Below are positions 1-9,907 of a stretch of 64,000 nt of DNA, piece by piece. The notes under the pieces were generated by a model. The model made no database searches. It was not told the origin of the DNA and saw only the letters and a list, made by a program, of their open reading frames with translations. Numbering within the stretch: the stretch's first letter is position 1; the number at the start of each line of letters is the position of its first letter. This DNA comes from an uncultured Planctomycetales bacterium (GTDB lineage Bacteria > Omnitrophota > Gorgyraeia > Zapsychrales > JAHFFX01), in contig CAYXGG010000002.1 in the NCBI GenBank assembly GCA_964464475.1, positions 93,455 through 157,454 of the forward strand, in the 5' to 3' direction. Position numbers and translations under genes: made by a program.

Positions 1-608
1 TATTTCTTTTCAATTGAATTCAGCAAATCCAATATTTGCGCCTGGACCAGCATATCAAGCGAAGAGACAGCCTCATCCAGAATCAGCAACTTGGGTCGGA
101 CCAGCAGACTACGGGCGATCGCAATACGCTGGCGTTCGCCGCCACTAAACTCATGGGGAAAACGAGCTAGCACTTTTTCCGGCAGCCCCACCGCGGTCAG
201 GACGTCCGTTTTACGAACACGCCGTTCATCCGCAAAAACCTCCGGCAATAAATTAAAAGCCTCTTCTAAAATGGCGTCAATGGTAAATCGCGGATCCAAG
301 CTGCTCATGGGATCCTGGAAAATCATTTGAAAATGTTTCCGATAAGGTTTTAATTGCCGGTCAGATAAGGACTGGATCTGTTGACCTTCCCAGCTAAGGG
401 TTCCGGCGTCCTCTTTAAGCAGACGCACCATGATTCGACCCAGCGTCGTTTTACCGCTACCGGATTCACCGACGATGCCGACATGCTCTCCGGCCCGAAC
501 CTGTAGACTAACATCATCCACGGCCCGGACCTGCTCGGTCGTTTTACCGACAAAGTTTTTCTTAACCGGAAAATATTTTTTGATGTTCTGTAAAGCTAGA
601 AGTGTCAT
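1..608 (-). CDS. ABC transporter ATP-binding protein (OppF/DppF-like), C-terminally truncated by window edge
   Basis: Not in the ORF track because its stop lies outside the window. Manual translation of the minus strand from ATG at 606-608 gives [57 protein letters not shown]...[15 protein letters not shown]...[36 protein letters not shown], with Walker A, ABC signature and Walker B motifs. Confidence 0.8.
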   Translation of the reverse strand, partial: MTLLALQNIKKYFPVKKNFVGKTTEQVRAVDDVSLQVRAGEHVGIVGESGSGKTTLGRIMVRLLKEDAGTLSWEGQQIQSLSDRQLKPYRKHFQMIFQDPMSSLDPRFTIDAILEEAFNLLPEVFADERRVRKTDVLTAVGLPEKVLARFPHEFSGGERQRIAIARSLLVRPKLLILDEAVSSLDMLVQAQILDLLNSIEKK

Positions 609-610
609 CG

Positions 611-1399
611 TTATACCAACGCCGCTTGCAATAACCGGCCCGTATATTCGTGCCGGGGAGCCCCCATCACTTGCGCCACAGGGCCATGCTCAACGACTTG
701 CCCCGTATTAAGGACATAAACCTGCTGAGCCAGGTGCTTGACCATGCCTAAATCATGTGTGATCAACAGCAGCGTTAATTTCAAATCGGTACAAAGCTTG
801 CGGAATAATTCCATAATTTTGGCCTGAATCGTCACGTCTAAATTACTGGTTGGCTCATCGGCAATGATGAGCTGGGGCGACGCCGCAATGGCCTGAGCGA
901 TCATCGCGCGCTGACGCAAGCCACCGCTTAACTGGTGCGGGTACTGTCCGGCTATTCGCGCTGGATCCAAAATTTCCACTTGCCGCAACAAATCCAAAAC
1001 ACGTTCTTTTCTCTCAACAGAACGTAAACTGGAATGAAAGCATAACACTTCCTCGATCTGAGAACCAATAGTAAATACCGGATTAAACGCATTTAACGGT
1101 TCTTGAAAAATCATACCGACTTTCCGACCTCGGATGTGCGGCCATTGCGCTTCCGCCAATGGCAAGATGTTCTTTCCTTCTAAAATAATTTCTCCGGATT
1201 TTATCTTCAACGCCGGAGCCAATAAATTCATAACCGCCAACCCCAGCGTTGTTTTACCGCTGCCCGATCCTCCTACCAGCGCGGTCATCTCACCTTGTCT
1301 AACGGCCAGCGACGTATCGCGCAGAATAAATTTTTCCTGTTTTTCCAGCGTAACGCTGATCGATAAATTATTTACAACTAAAATCATTGATTTAGTCAT
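611..1399 (-). CDS. oligopeptide/dipeptide ABC transporter ATP-binding protein (OppD/DppD-like)
   Basis: 262 aa. Walker [18 protein letters not shown] signature and Walker [12 protein letters not shown]. Start overlaps the upstream stop (TAATG). Confidence 0.9.
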   Translation of the reverse strand: MTKSMILVVNNLSISVTLEKQEKFILRDTSLAVRQGEMTALVGGSGSGKTTLGLAVMNLLAPALKIKSGEIILEGKNILPLAEAQWPHIRGRKVGMIFQEPLNAFNPVFTIGSQIEEVLCFHSSLRSVERKERVLDLLRQVEILDPARIAGQYPHQLSGGLRQRAMIAQAIAASPQLIIADEPTSNLDVTIQAKIMELFRKLCTDLKLTLLLITHDLGMVKHLAQQVYVLNTGQVVEHGPVAQVMGAPRHEYTGRLLQAALV

Positions 1400-2519
1400 T
1401 AGGAATGAATTTCTTCCGCGCGAAAACGCGGATCCACGGCGTCGCGTAGCGCGTCGCCGATCACGTTAAAACAAATCACGGTCACTAATATCAATCCCCC
1501 GGGAATCAATATCCAAGGCGCAAACTGAATCTGCACGATACCGATCGCTTCTGATAATAAATTCCCCCAGCTGGCATAGGGATCTTGAATGCCCATGCCC
1601 AATAAACTCAGCGCTGATTCTCCCAGAATATAACCGGGGATCGATAGCATAATGGCAATAATAGAGTAGGAAAACGTATGCGGTAACACATGCCGTACAA
1701 TAATCTGCAAGTCAGAATACCCTAATGCCTTGGCGGCTAATACGTATTCCCGTTCTTTTAATGAAAGGCTCATCCCGCGAATGACCCGAGCTAGCCCCGC
1801 CCAGCCGATAAACGAAAGAATAATCACAATCGAGAAATACAATTGTACTGAATTAAAATTATCCGGAACGACCGAACGCAGTGCCAAGAGAAGATAAAAA
1901 CCCGGAACCATCATAAACATCTCACATACACGCATCAACACATTATCGATTTTCCCGCCATAATAACCCGCAAGTCCTCCAATCAATAGCCCCAGACTAA
2001 ATGAAATCGCGACCCCAATCAAACCAATGGATAACGAAATCCTGGCGCCATGTAAGATCCGGGAATACAAATCCCGTCCCCGAGAATCCGCGCCCAATAG
2101 ATAAATTCTGCCAGGTTCATCTACGCCAAATAAATGGACCTTGAGCGGAATGAGACCTAAAAATTTGTATTCATCCCCTTGGACCAGTAGCTTGATCGGA
2201 AACTGTCGATCCGCCACGGGCTCGTAAATTCTTTTGTGATACTGATCGAATCGCAATTGATACTGTCGTACAAACGGCCAGGTTAATCCGCTCTGGTTGA
2301 CCACGTTGATCGCCATCGGCGGGCAATAAGAAAAGTCTCGATTTTCATTTTTAAAAGAATACGGCGCTAAAAAATCGGCAAAAATCGCCAACAGATAAAA
2401 AATCCCTAGAATCCACAGGCAGACCCGCGCCGAACGACTTTGGCCAAACTGCCGCATGGCCAGCTGCCATTGACTGAGCGAATTCCCTGCTATGGATTCA
2501 TTCAAATTAACGTTCATAG
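1399..2519 (-). CDS. oligopeptide ABC transporter permease (OppC/DppC-like)
   Basis: Binding-protein-dependent permease with multi-TM segments and a conserved EAA-loop region (AAKALGYSDLQIIVRHVLP). ORF extends to 2553; ATG at 2517-2519 has an AGGA ribosome-binding site 8 nt upstream and is the likely start. Confidence 0.8.
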
Positions 2520-2571
2520 AGATCCTAAGTTCAATCTTACTACATTGAAACAATAAATTCGTTTCGAACCA

Positions 2572-3726
2572 TTATTTCCCAGCTGCTTTTAGAAAATCTC
2601 CAATAGCTTTAGCCCAATTACCCTGCTGGCGATACAACAACGCTCGATTGTTATACGCAGACCGGTGATTAGGATCCAATTCAATGGCCTTTGTATAATC
2701 ATTGATGGCTTCCTGAATCTTGCCCGAATGAGCCAAGGAAATGCCTCGGTCATAATAACTATCCGCATAGGATGGATTTAATTCGATGGCCTTGTCATAA
2801 TCCTTAATGGCCAGTTCATATTGCTGCATTTGCTCGTAAGTGTTACCACGATTGATAAAAGCAAAGGCATAATTTGGATTCAATTCTAACGCTTTATTTG
2901 CGTCTTCAAGAGATTTTTGGAAGTCACCTTTTAAACTATAGGCTCTCGATCGACCATTATAAGGCGAGGGGAATTGGGGATCCGCTGCCATTGATTTAGT
3001 ATATTCCTCAATCGCTTTCTCTAAATCCCCCATTTCCAGAAAAGCGTTGGCTCGTCCATTTAAAGTACCGGCATCATTTGGATTCTTAGCTAAAATTTGA
3101 TCAAATTCCGCTAATTGTTTTGCCCATTGATCACTAATTCCTTGACCAGATCCTTTCTCAACCAGAAATTTTTGTTCGGCGAGTTTGTTCCCCTTATGAT
3201 AAATTTCAAAAATCCATTCTCCCGGAACAATTTCCCAAGAATCCGCAAAAACCCACGCCGCAGAATCAACTTGGTTTATTAAAGAATACTTCTTTATATG
3301 ATCCTCCTGATAAGATTTATTCTCATTAGGCCGGTTGATCTGAGGATGTTTAATGACAATGCCCAGTTCAACTTGTTTCCCCGAAGGACTCCCTACGACT
3401 TTATAGCCAACCCCGAAAGTCACCCCTAACCCAGCTTGAATTTTATCCGCCGTCTGAACACTTAAAGGATTGTTCATAAATACGCAATTAAGGGCATCCA
3501 TCTTAAAACCTGACATCAACGCAGCCAGTTCAGGAGACAGCGTTCCAAAATGAGTAATCTCAATCTTATCGACAAGTATCTGTGCATCATTTATCTCCTG
3601 TGCTTTTTTGTTGATCTCAGGTGATTCGGTCAGCGGATCTTGAGCCAGTAGACTAGTTGGTATAGCAAGATTCACTAACCCCAGAAATAAAATCAACATC
3701 CCATGTTTGTTCAGAAAGATTTTCAT
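2572..3726 (-). CDS. TPR-repeat protein with N-terminal signal peptide (putative lipoprotein/periplasmic)
   Basis: Signal peptide MKIFLNKHGMLILFLGLVNLAIPTSLLAQ. The C-terminal half contains at least six TPR motifs (AFLEMGDLEKAIEEY..., YNGRSRAYSLKGDFQKSLED..., etc.). GGAGG ribosome-binding site before the ATG at 3726. Confidence 0.7.
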   Translation of the reverse strand: MKIFLNKHGMLILFLGLVNLAIPTSLLAQDPLTESPEINKKAQEINDAQILVDKIEITHFGTLSPELAALMSGFKMDALNCVFMNNPLSVQTADKIQAGLGVTFGVGYKVVGSPSGKQVELGIVIKHPQINRPNENKSYQEDHIKKYSLINQVDSAAWVFADSWEIVPGEWIFEIYHKGNKLAEQKFLVEKGSGQGISDQWAKQLAEFDQILAKNPNDAGTLNGRANAFLEMGDLEKAIEEYTKSMAADPQFPSPYNGRSRAYSLKGDFQKSLEDANKALELNPNYAFAFINRGNTYEQMQQYELAIKDYDKAIELNPSYADSYYDRGISLAHSGKIQEAINDYTKAIELDPNHRSAYNNRALLYRQQGNWAKAIGDFLKAAGK

Positions 3727-3743
3727 GTGTACCTCCACTTAAA

Positions 3744-4712
3744 TTATTTCTCCAACCGTATCCGCGGATCCGCCTTGGCGAGCAACAGATCCGATAACAA
3801 ATTACCGATTAACAACAAGACCCCTCCCATGAGCATACTGGCCATGACCAGATACACGTCCTTCGCGCGCACAGCCGTCAGCATGAGCGATCCCAATCCC
3901 GGCCAAGAACAAATAATTTCCGTCAAGGCCGCACCGCTTAACAAACCCGAGAACTCATAACCTAAAAGCGTAATCAGCGGATTAATGGCGTTGCGTAACG
4001 CGTGGCGGTAAATCACGCGATGTTCCGGGAGTCCCTTCGCCCTCGCGGCCAGTATATATTGCTGGCGCAACACTTCTAACAAATTACCACGCATGATGCG
4101 CTGCAAAGCGCCGATAGATCCCAACGAAATCGCGATTGTGGGAATCACCAAATGAGCCAACAAATCTCCCAGCTTTCCCCAAAAATTGAGCTGATCATAA
4201 TTGGCGCTATGCATCCCGCCCAAAGGCAACCCACCGAACTGACTCGCCGCGTACAATAGCAGCATCGTCAGAAAAAAACTAGGAGTAGAAAGCGCCACGT
4301 AAGAACAGAATTGAACGAATCGATCCGCGAATTTATCTCGTCGTAACGCCGCCCAAATGCCTAAAGGAATCGCGATCCCCCAGGTCACGATCAAACTCGC
4401 CAGGGACAAAATAAACGTATTACCCAATCGCGTTCCGATGACATGCGCGACCGGTACGTTGTAAAAAAAAGAATACCCGAATTCCAGGCGGGCCAAATTC
4501 TTCAGCCAATGGCCAAACTGCAGCCACCAGGGATCGCTCAAATGATAAAATTCTTCGTAACGGGCAATGGTCTCTTTGGATATCTGCGGATCCATTTTTA
4601 ACGTGTCGAAAAAATTCCCCGGTGTCAAATGCATCAAAAAGAACGTCAGCAACGACATCGCCAATAATAGCGGAATCGCGATCAGGATTCTTTTAATAAT
4701 GTAACGGGTCAT
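3744..4712 (-). CDS. oligopeptide ABC transporter permease (OppB/DppB-like)
   Basis: 322 aa. N-terminus MTRYIIKRILIAIPLLLAMSLLTFFLMHLTPGNF is typical of OppB/DppB; six TM segments. TAATG overlap with the upstream gene. Confidence 0.85.
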   Translation of the reverse strand: MTRYIIKRILIAIPLLLAMSLLTFFLMHLTPGNFFDTLKMDPQISKETIARYEEFYHLSDPWWLQFGHWLKNLARLEFGYSFFYNVPVAHVIGTRLGNTFILSLASLIVTWGIAIPLGIWAALRRDKFADRFVQFCSYVALSTPSFFLTMLLLYAASQFGGLPLGGMHSANYDQLNFWGKLGDLLAHLVIPTIAISLGSIGALQRIMRGNLLEVLRQQYILAARAKGLPEHRVIYRHALRNAINPLITLLGYEFSGLLSGAALTEIICSWPGLGSLMLTAVRAKDVYLVMASMLMGGVLLLIGNLLSDLLLAKADPRIRLEK

Positions 4713-6478
4713 TAGCGATACTCTTCCTTTATATAAATCTCTTCAAGATTATGAAACGCGCCGCCCGAAGCCGAAGGTTTCAGATTGCCGAATTTATTGC
4801 GCACCGCGAACAAATTCGCTTCCAAAACCGTATATATCAATGGTAATTCCTTAGAGACTAACAGCTGATGCTCATCATAAAAAATTTTTCGTTTATTCTC
4901 ATCCAGCTCTTGGACGCCTAACTTAAACAACTCATCAACTCGCGCTTCCCAGGACGAGGAAGGTTTGGGGTGGCCTGGATTCCAAAAATGCAATTGACCG
5001 TCTGAACTCCAAACATTCTTTCCAAAATGAGGTTCAACACCACCCGTCAATCCTAACAGCATTGACTCCCATTCATAATTTGAAGTCAGCTTTGCCACCA
5101 GCGCGTTAAATTCTACCGCCTGAAAGTTGATTTTCAAACCCAGCTTCTCTAAATCATGACGAATAATGCCCGCGAACTGCAATCGCTCACTATCACTCGC
5201 ACTCGTAATAAAAGAGAATTCTACTTTATTACCGTCAGGATCCTCACGAATACCATCACCATCGCGATCCTGAAATCCCGCATCGTTAAGAATTTGCCGA
5301 GCGACATTCAAATCATATTCGTATTTACTAACGTCGGGATTATAAAAGAATCCGGCGCTCGGACTCATAGCCGCGTACTGTGGGTAACCTAACCCGTTTA
5401 AAACGATCTCAATCATCTTCTTTTTATCAATGGCATGCGCCACCGCGCGGCGAAAATCAAGATTGGCAAACCATTTTAATTTTATGGGATTCACAAACGG
5501 TTTATTCGTTTCCGAATTGATGCGGGAGTTTTGATTAAAAGCAATAAAATTGGTGCTGAAATCCGGACCGGCATCGTAAACCGTAAAATTACCTTGGGCT
5601 TCTTTGGGTTTTAATAACGGATAGTCAACGCCTCTTAAACCACAAGCATCGACTTCTCCTTCCAGAAACTTCAAAATCACGGTGTCAACGCTTTGTACTA
5701 TGAGCAAGATGACCCGATCCAAGTAAGGCAACGGGTCGCCTTCCGCTGACTTTTTCCAATAGTGAGGATTTTTTTCAAACATAATGCGCTCGCCGGGACG
5801 ATACTGGACCATGCGGAAAGGCCCGGTTCCCACAATTTCACGCGGGTCGGTGTCAATGCCCCAGGTAAAATTAAACTTTCCCGCCTTCAATGCAGGCTCC
5901 AATTTATGTTTAGGCAGGATGTCTTCGGAAAGCGACCGCAAAAATGGAGCAAATTTAAAAGGCAGAATAAAACGAACCGTATAGGCGTCCACCTTTTCAA
6001 TCTTAAAAGGTTGATTATCAACCATAAAAATATCGCGCGAAGAGCTGGGGATCAATTCATTAAAAATCAAATCATTAAAAGTAAAGAGCACATCGTCGGC
6101 TGTTAATGGCACCCCATCCGACCAGCGAACGTCCCGGCGCAGGTGAAACACCCACGTCAATCCATCCTCGCTCACCTCCCACGATTCAGCCAGACTGGGT
6201 ATCACTTTTAACGTAAACGGATCGACCGTAGTTAAGCCTTCAAAAAGCAAAGACAACACCGATGTTGTGGAGGTTTCTTTAGCCAAAAGCGGATTAAAAG
6301 ATTTCGGATCGGACGTGGTGGCGCGCACCAGCGTACCGCCGTATTTGACGCTACGCGTTCCTGCCCAAGCGGGAACGATGCCATAAAACAACATGACCCC
6401 GCTTAAAACAAGCGGGGCCAGTTTGAGAAAATAATCGTGATTGAAAATATTTTGGACGTTACTGTGCCGTTGGCGCAT
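4712..6478 (-). CDS. ABC transporter substrate-binding protein, family 5 (OppA/DppA-like)
   Basis: Signal-peptide-like LKLAPLVLSGVMLFYGIVPAWAG followed by a large SBP_bac_5-type domain. The ORF's first ~51 codons (very basic, R/K/Q-rich) are the alternate-frame shadow of the secG 3' end. Start assigned to the ATG at 6476-6478 (MRQRHS...). Confidence 0.8.
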   Translation of the reverse strand: MRQRHSNVQNIFNHDYFLKLAPLVLSGVMLFYGIVPAWAGTRSVKYGGTLVRATTSDPKSFNPLLAKETSTTSVLSLLFEGLTTVDPFTLKVIPSLAESWEVSEDGLTWVFHLRRDVRWSDGVPLTADDVLFTFNDLIFNELIPSSSRDIFMVDNQPFKIEKVDAYTVRFILPFKFAPFLRSLSEDILPKHKLEPALKAGKFNFTWGIDTDPREIVGTGPFRMVQYRPGERIMFEKNPHYWKKSAEGDPLPYLDRVILLIVQSVDTVILKFLEGEVDACGLRGVDYPLLKPKEAQGNFTVYDAGPDFSTNFIAFNQNSRINSETNKPFVNPIKLKWFANLDFRRAVAHAIDKKKMIEIVLNGLGYPQYAAMSPSAGFFYNPDVSKYEYDLNVARQILNDAGFQDRDGDGIREDPDGNKVEFSFITSASDSERLQFAGIIRHDLEKLGLKINFQAVEFNALVAKLTSNYEWESMLLGLTGGVEPHFGKNVWSSDGQLHFWNPGHPKPSSSWEARVDELFKLGVQELDENKRKIFYDEHQLLVSKELPLIYTVLEANLFAVRNKFGNLKPSASGGAFHNLEEIYIKEEYR

Positions 6479-6869
6479 CTGCGGCCGGGGTTGGCTGCGG
6501 GTTGGCAGAGTTTTTCGGCGCTGACACAGGTTGCGTTGCAGAGGATGAAGGCACAGCCGGGAGACTTGCTTCGGCATTAATTGCCACGGCTTTCGCGGAA
6601 TCCAATTGTTTTTTAACCGCCGCGTTGGCATCCATCAGAGATTGGTTCTGACGGCTGGATAAATAGGCGAGCGTCACGCAGGACACAATAAATAGCGTCG
6701 CGATGACAGCCGTCGTTTTGACCAAATAAACGTTGGCTTTCGCACCAAATACCGATTCCGCGGCAGCAAACTGCTCGGTTAACCCACCGCCCCGACCCGC
6801 TTGCATCAGAATGGTCAAAATAAGAAACGCGCAAATCATTAAATGCAAAAAAATCATGAATGACATCAA
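6459..6869 (-). CDS. secG: preprotein translocase subunit SecG
   Basis: MMSFMIFLHLMICAFLILTILMQAGRGGGL...FGAKA...TTAVIATLFIVSCVTLAYL is the classic SecG two-TM pattern with a glycine-rich loop. Pro/Ala-rich C-terminal tail. Confidence 0.8.
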   Translation of the reverse strand: MMSFMIFLHLMICAFLILTILMQAGRGGGLTEQFAAAESVFGAKANVYLVKTTAVIATLFIVSCVTLAYLSSRQNQSLMDANAAVKKQLDSAKAVAINAEASLPAVPSSSATQPVSAPKNSANPQPTPAADAPTAQ

Positions 6870-6879
6870 TCAACCTCGC

Positions 6880-7656
6880 TTATTTACAAATCCCACAACC
6901 GGATTTGACGATTTTCACAAAACTTTCGGGCTTCAAACTCGCTCCCCCGACCAAAGCGCCATCAATATCTTCCTGCGCGGCCAACTCCGTAATGTTTTCC
7001 GGCGTCACGCTACCGCCATATTGAATGCGCACCCCCGCGGCAATTTCTTCAGAAAATAATTGCACCAACCGTTGTCGAATAAACGCGTGCACTTCCTGGG
7101 CTTGGGCAGGGGTGGCGGTCTTACCTGTTCCGATAGCCCAAACGGGTTCATACGCGATGACCAACTTCTGCATATCCTCCGCCGTTAATCCGACCAATCC
7201 GCCGTCTAAATGATTTTGTACCACGGCAAAGGTACGGTTTTCTTCGCGTTCCTTTAAATTCTCTCCCACGCACAGGATGGGCAACAATCCTGCTTTCAAC
7301 GCCGATTTGATTTTCTTATTCACAGATTCATTCGTTTCGCCAAAATATTGTCGGCGCTCGGAATGACCAATAATCACGTAATCAACACCGATCGATTTCA
7401 GCATCGATCCGGAAATCTCACCGGTAAAAGCGCCGGACACTTCCCAATGCATATTTTGAGCGCCGAGTTTGATGTTGGAATCAAGCAGCACTTCATGCAC
7501 ATCCGAAAGCGCCGTAAAAACCGGACACACCACCATGTCGACTTCCGACACATCACCGATCTCTCTATTTAACGCCGTCGCCAGCTCAATCGCCTCGACC
7601 GACGTTTTGTTCATTTTCCAATTACCGGCGATAATTAATTTTCTTTTTGTACCCAT
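6880..7656 (-). CDS. tpiA: triose-phosphate isomerase
   Basis: LIIAGNWKMNKT N-terminus, active-site HSERR (IIGHSERR), 258 aa. Confidence 0.95.
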   Translation of the reverse strand: MGTKRKLIIAGNWKMNKTSVEAIELATALNREIGDVSEVDMVVCPVFTALSDVHEVLLDSNIKLGAQNMHWEVSGAFTGEISGSMLKSIGVDYVIIGHSERRQYFGETNESVNKKIKSALKAGLLPILCVGENLKEREENRTFAVVQNHLDGGLVGLTAEDMQKLVIAYEPVWAIGTGKTATPAQAQEVHAFIRQRLVQLFSEEIAAGVRIQYGGSVTPENITELAAQEDIDGALVGGASLKPESFVKIVKSGCGICK

Positions 7657-7680
7657 AGCTTATGGCCTTCCTTAACGTCA

Positions 7681-8865
7681 CTATTTTGAATTTAACGCCG
7701 CGATCCCGGGGAGTTCTTTGCCTTCCATATATTCCATAGAAGCGCCGCCACCCGTAGAAATATGCGTCATTTTATCTTCTAAATTGAATTTAGCAATCGC
7801 TGCTGCTGAGTCCCCACCACCGATAATGGAAGTGACCGACTTAAGATTGGCAATAAACTCCGCGATTTCTTTAGTGCCCTTGGCGAAAGCGTCATTTTCA
7901 AACACGCCGACCGGACCGTTCCAAACAATAGTCTTCGAATTCTGCAAAATTTCTTTAAATTCCTTTCGGGTATCGGGACCGATATCGACACCCATCCATC
8001 CGTCAGGAATGTTCTCTTTAACCACTTTCATGTCGGAGGAGGATTCAAATTTGGTGACAATCACAAAATCCTGCGAAAGTCCGATTTTAACTTTCTTCGC
8101 TTTAGCTTTTTCCAAAATCTGTTTAGCCAAGTCCAATTTGTCATTCTCAACGCGAGAAGTCCCAATACTTTTTCCTTGAGCCTTCAGGAACGTATAGGCC
8201 ATTCCGCCACCGATTAAGACCGCGTCGGCCTTACTCAACAAATTTTCGATTAACCCAATTTTATCGGAAATCTTAGCTCCGCCAAAAATGACTGTCAGCG
8301 GACGCTGGGGATTGTTGATCGCTTTATCCAAATATTGAATTTCTTTTTCAATGAGAAAACCCGCAACAGCGGGTAAGTACGCGGCCACGCCAGCGGTGGA
8401 AGCATGAGCGCGGTGGGCGGTTCCAAAAGCATCATTGACATAAATGTCAGCGAGCCGGGCGAGTTTTTTAGCAAACTCGGAATCGTTAGCTTCCTCTTCT
8501 TTATGAAAACGTAAATTCTCGAGCAGAATAACGCGTTCTTTCGCTGCTTTGACTTGTTGTTCTACTTGCGGACCAACGCAATCATCCAAACGCAGAACTT
8601 TCTCTTTGAGCAACTCTTCCAGTCGTTGGGCCACCGGTTTTAACCGCATGGATTCAACAACCTTGTCCTTCGGGCGCCCCAAATGGCTCATCAAAATGAC
8701 TTTACTGGCTCCCTGCTCTAAAGCGTAGCGAATAGTGGGTAGGGCTTCTCTAATACGCCGATCATCTGTGATGCGAAGGGTTTCATCCAAAGGGACATTA
8801 AAATCCGCTCGGATAATCAATCTTTTACCTTGGATCGTCAAATCTTTTAAGGTCTTCTTATTCAT
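7681..8865 (-). CDS. pgk: phosphoglycerate kinase
   Basis: [16 protein letters not shown]-terminus and PGK-length product. ATG at 8863-8865 (MNKKTLKDL) has a GGAG ribosome-binding site 6 nt upstream; the ORF itself extends to 8877. Confidence 0.95.
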   Translation of the reverse strand: MNKKTLKDLTIQGKRLIIRADFNVPLDETLRITDDRRIREALPTIRYALEQGASKVILMSHLGRPKDKVVESMRLKPVAQRLEELLKEKVLRLDDCVGPQVEQQVKAAKERVILLENLRFHKEEEANDSEFAKKLARLADIYVNDAFGTAHRAHASTAGVAAYLPAVAGFLIEKEIQYLDKAINNPQRPLTVIFGGAKISDKIGLIENLLSKADAVLIGGGMAYTFLKAQGKSIGTSRVENDKLDLAKQILEKAKAKKVKIGLSQDFVIVTKFESSSDMKVVKENIPDGWMGVDIGPDTRKEFKEILQNSKTIVWNGPVGVFENDAFAKGTKEIAEFIANLKSVTSIIGGGDSAAAIAKFNLEDKMTHISTGGGASMEYMEGKELPGIAALNSK

Positions 8866-8919
8866 CAAGAACTCCATTTAGTCTATTTTTTATCTTTATC
8901 GGCTCAGAAAAACTGCTTC

Positions 8920-8947
8920 ATTATATGGAAATGACGGGGTTTGTCAA
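8920..8947 (-). promoter_or_regulatory. consensus sigma70-type promoter (TTGACA-N16-TATAAT) upstream of pgk
   Basis: Read on the minus strand: TTGACA (reverse complement of 8942-8947), a 16-nt spacer, then TATAAT (reverse complement of 8920-8925). This sits about 55 nt upstream of the pgk start. Confidence 0.5.
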
Positions 8948-8975
8948 TTGATTCGACTGTTTCAAAATGATCCAA

Positions 8976-9002
8976 CCCCTCTAACTTCGGAGGTTAGCGG
9001 GG
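8976..9002 (-). terminator. candidate intrinsic terminator hairpin downstream of the 9017-9907 gene
   Basis: CCCC-T-CTAAC TTCGGAG GTTAG-C-GGGG inverted repeat, 15 nt after the stop at 9017. On the minus strand it is followed by UUGGAUCAUUUUG, a weak U tract. Confidence 0.3.
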
Positions 9003-9016
9003 TTGAACAAGAAAGA

Positions 9017-9907
9017 CTATTCACCTTGCGGGATAACGTAAAAAATTTCCAAAAAAGGTCGCTGGAGATGTTCCGAATTATCCAAAGAACCCAACAGGAC
9101 CACGGTATTGGGAACACCCTCCTTGGCAAGCCGCAACAGAAATCCTTCGCGGCGCATTTTCTCCCAATTAACCTCATCCTCCAAAAGATCCAAACCGTAT
9201 TGGGTAAAATTCAAAATAATGGCTCCGGAACGGTCTCCCTGAACCCCCACGCCCGAGGTCGCCACGATATTTTCATTCACATCGTGGGGATATTGAGAGA
9301 CCCCGGGGATTCCCCACGGTAATGTTCCTTTTTGAGCTTCCCGCCAGGTAGCCTCGGGAACTTGGGCAAGGTCACCTTTGCCTTTTCCCGCTTTCCAAGC
9401 CGGAAAAACACTTAAAAGGATCAGCTCCCCGGAAAGCAGATCGTCATCAGCATTTTGGTTGTCTATTTGCCTTACATGCAGCCTGGCGGCAACAACCTGA
9501 AGCTTCTTAGGTAACTTAAAAAAATCTTGAAAACGTAACAAAGAGCGAAACGTTCGTTCCGATGTCAACGTACCCACCTTTAATACAGAAAGAGCTCCAT
9601 AGTTCAAATCCTGTTTAAATTCACCACTGTCAATGAACGTGTCCTCGGAACCGGGCTTTAGCCAGTCAGTGCGATACACCTGAAGCGGTCCGGTTGACTT
9701 TGAAAAATCCTTGCGGACCAAAATATCTTCCGTCTCTTGAGCGCGGGATTCCAAGGCTGTAACGCGCTGCGAGACACCGCGTAACGTCTTAAGCTCTTTT
9801 TCAAGTCGAAACGCTCGACTACTGAGATGATCAATAAATAACGCCATAATGATCACCCCTCCTCCCCAAAAAACGACGAGCCAGCGCTGGGAGCTATCTT
9901 TGAACAT
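9017..9907 (-). CDS. hypothetical membrane-anchored protein (N-terminal TM plus coiled-coil)
   Basis: 296 aa. TM helix WLVVFWGGGVIIMALFI followed by a predicted coiled coil (LEKELKTLRGVSQRVTALESRAQETEDIL). No recognisable catalytic motif. Confidence 0.5.
   Translation of the reverse strand: MFKDSSQRWLVVFWGGGVIIMALFIDHLSSRAFRLEKELKTLRGVSQRVTALESRAQETEDILVRKDFSKSTGPLQVYRTDWLKPGSEDTFIDSGEFKQDLNYGALSVLKVGTLTSERTFRSLLRFQDFFKLPKKLQVVAARLHVRQIDNQNADDDLLSGELILLSVFPAWKAGKGKGDLAQVPEATWREAQKGTLPWGIPGVSQYPHDVNENIVATSGVGVQGDRSGAIILNFTQYGLDLLEDEVNWEKMRREGFLLRLAKEGVPNTVVLLGSLDNSEHLQRPFLEIFYVIPQGE

Noticed and set aside
430-711. Plus-strand ORFs carrying '[10 protein letters not shown]'-type sequence (also 1134-1469)
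   Set aside because: This is the characteristic antisense translation of the ABC-ATPase signature/Walker region. The real genes are on the minus strand.
6479-6631. N-terminal ~51-codon extension of the SBP (OppA-like) ORF
   Set aside because: It overlaps the secG 3' end in another frame, is extremely basic with low complexity, and precedes the signal peptide. An internal ATG at 6476-6478 is the plausible start.
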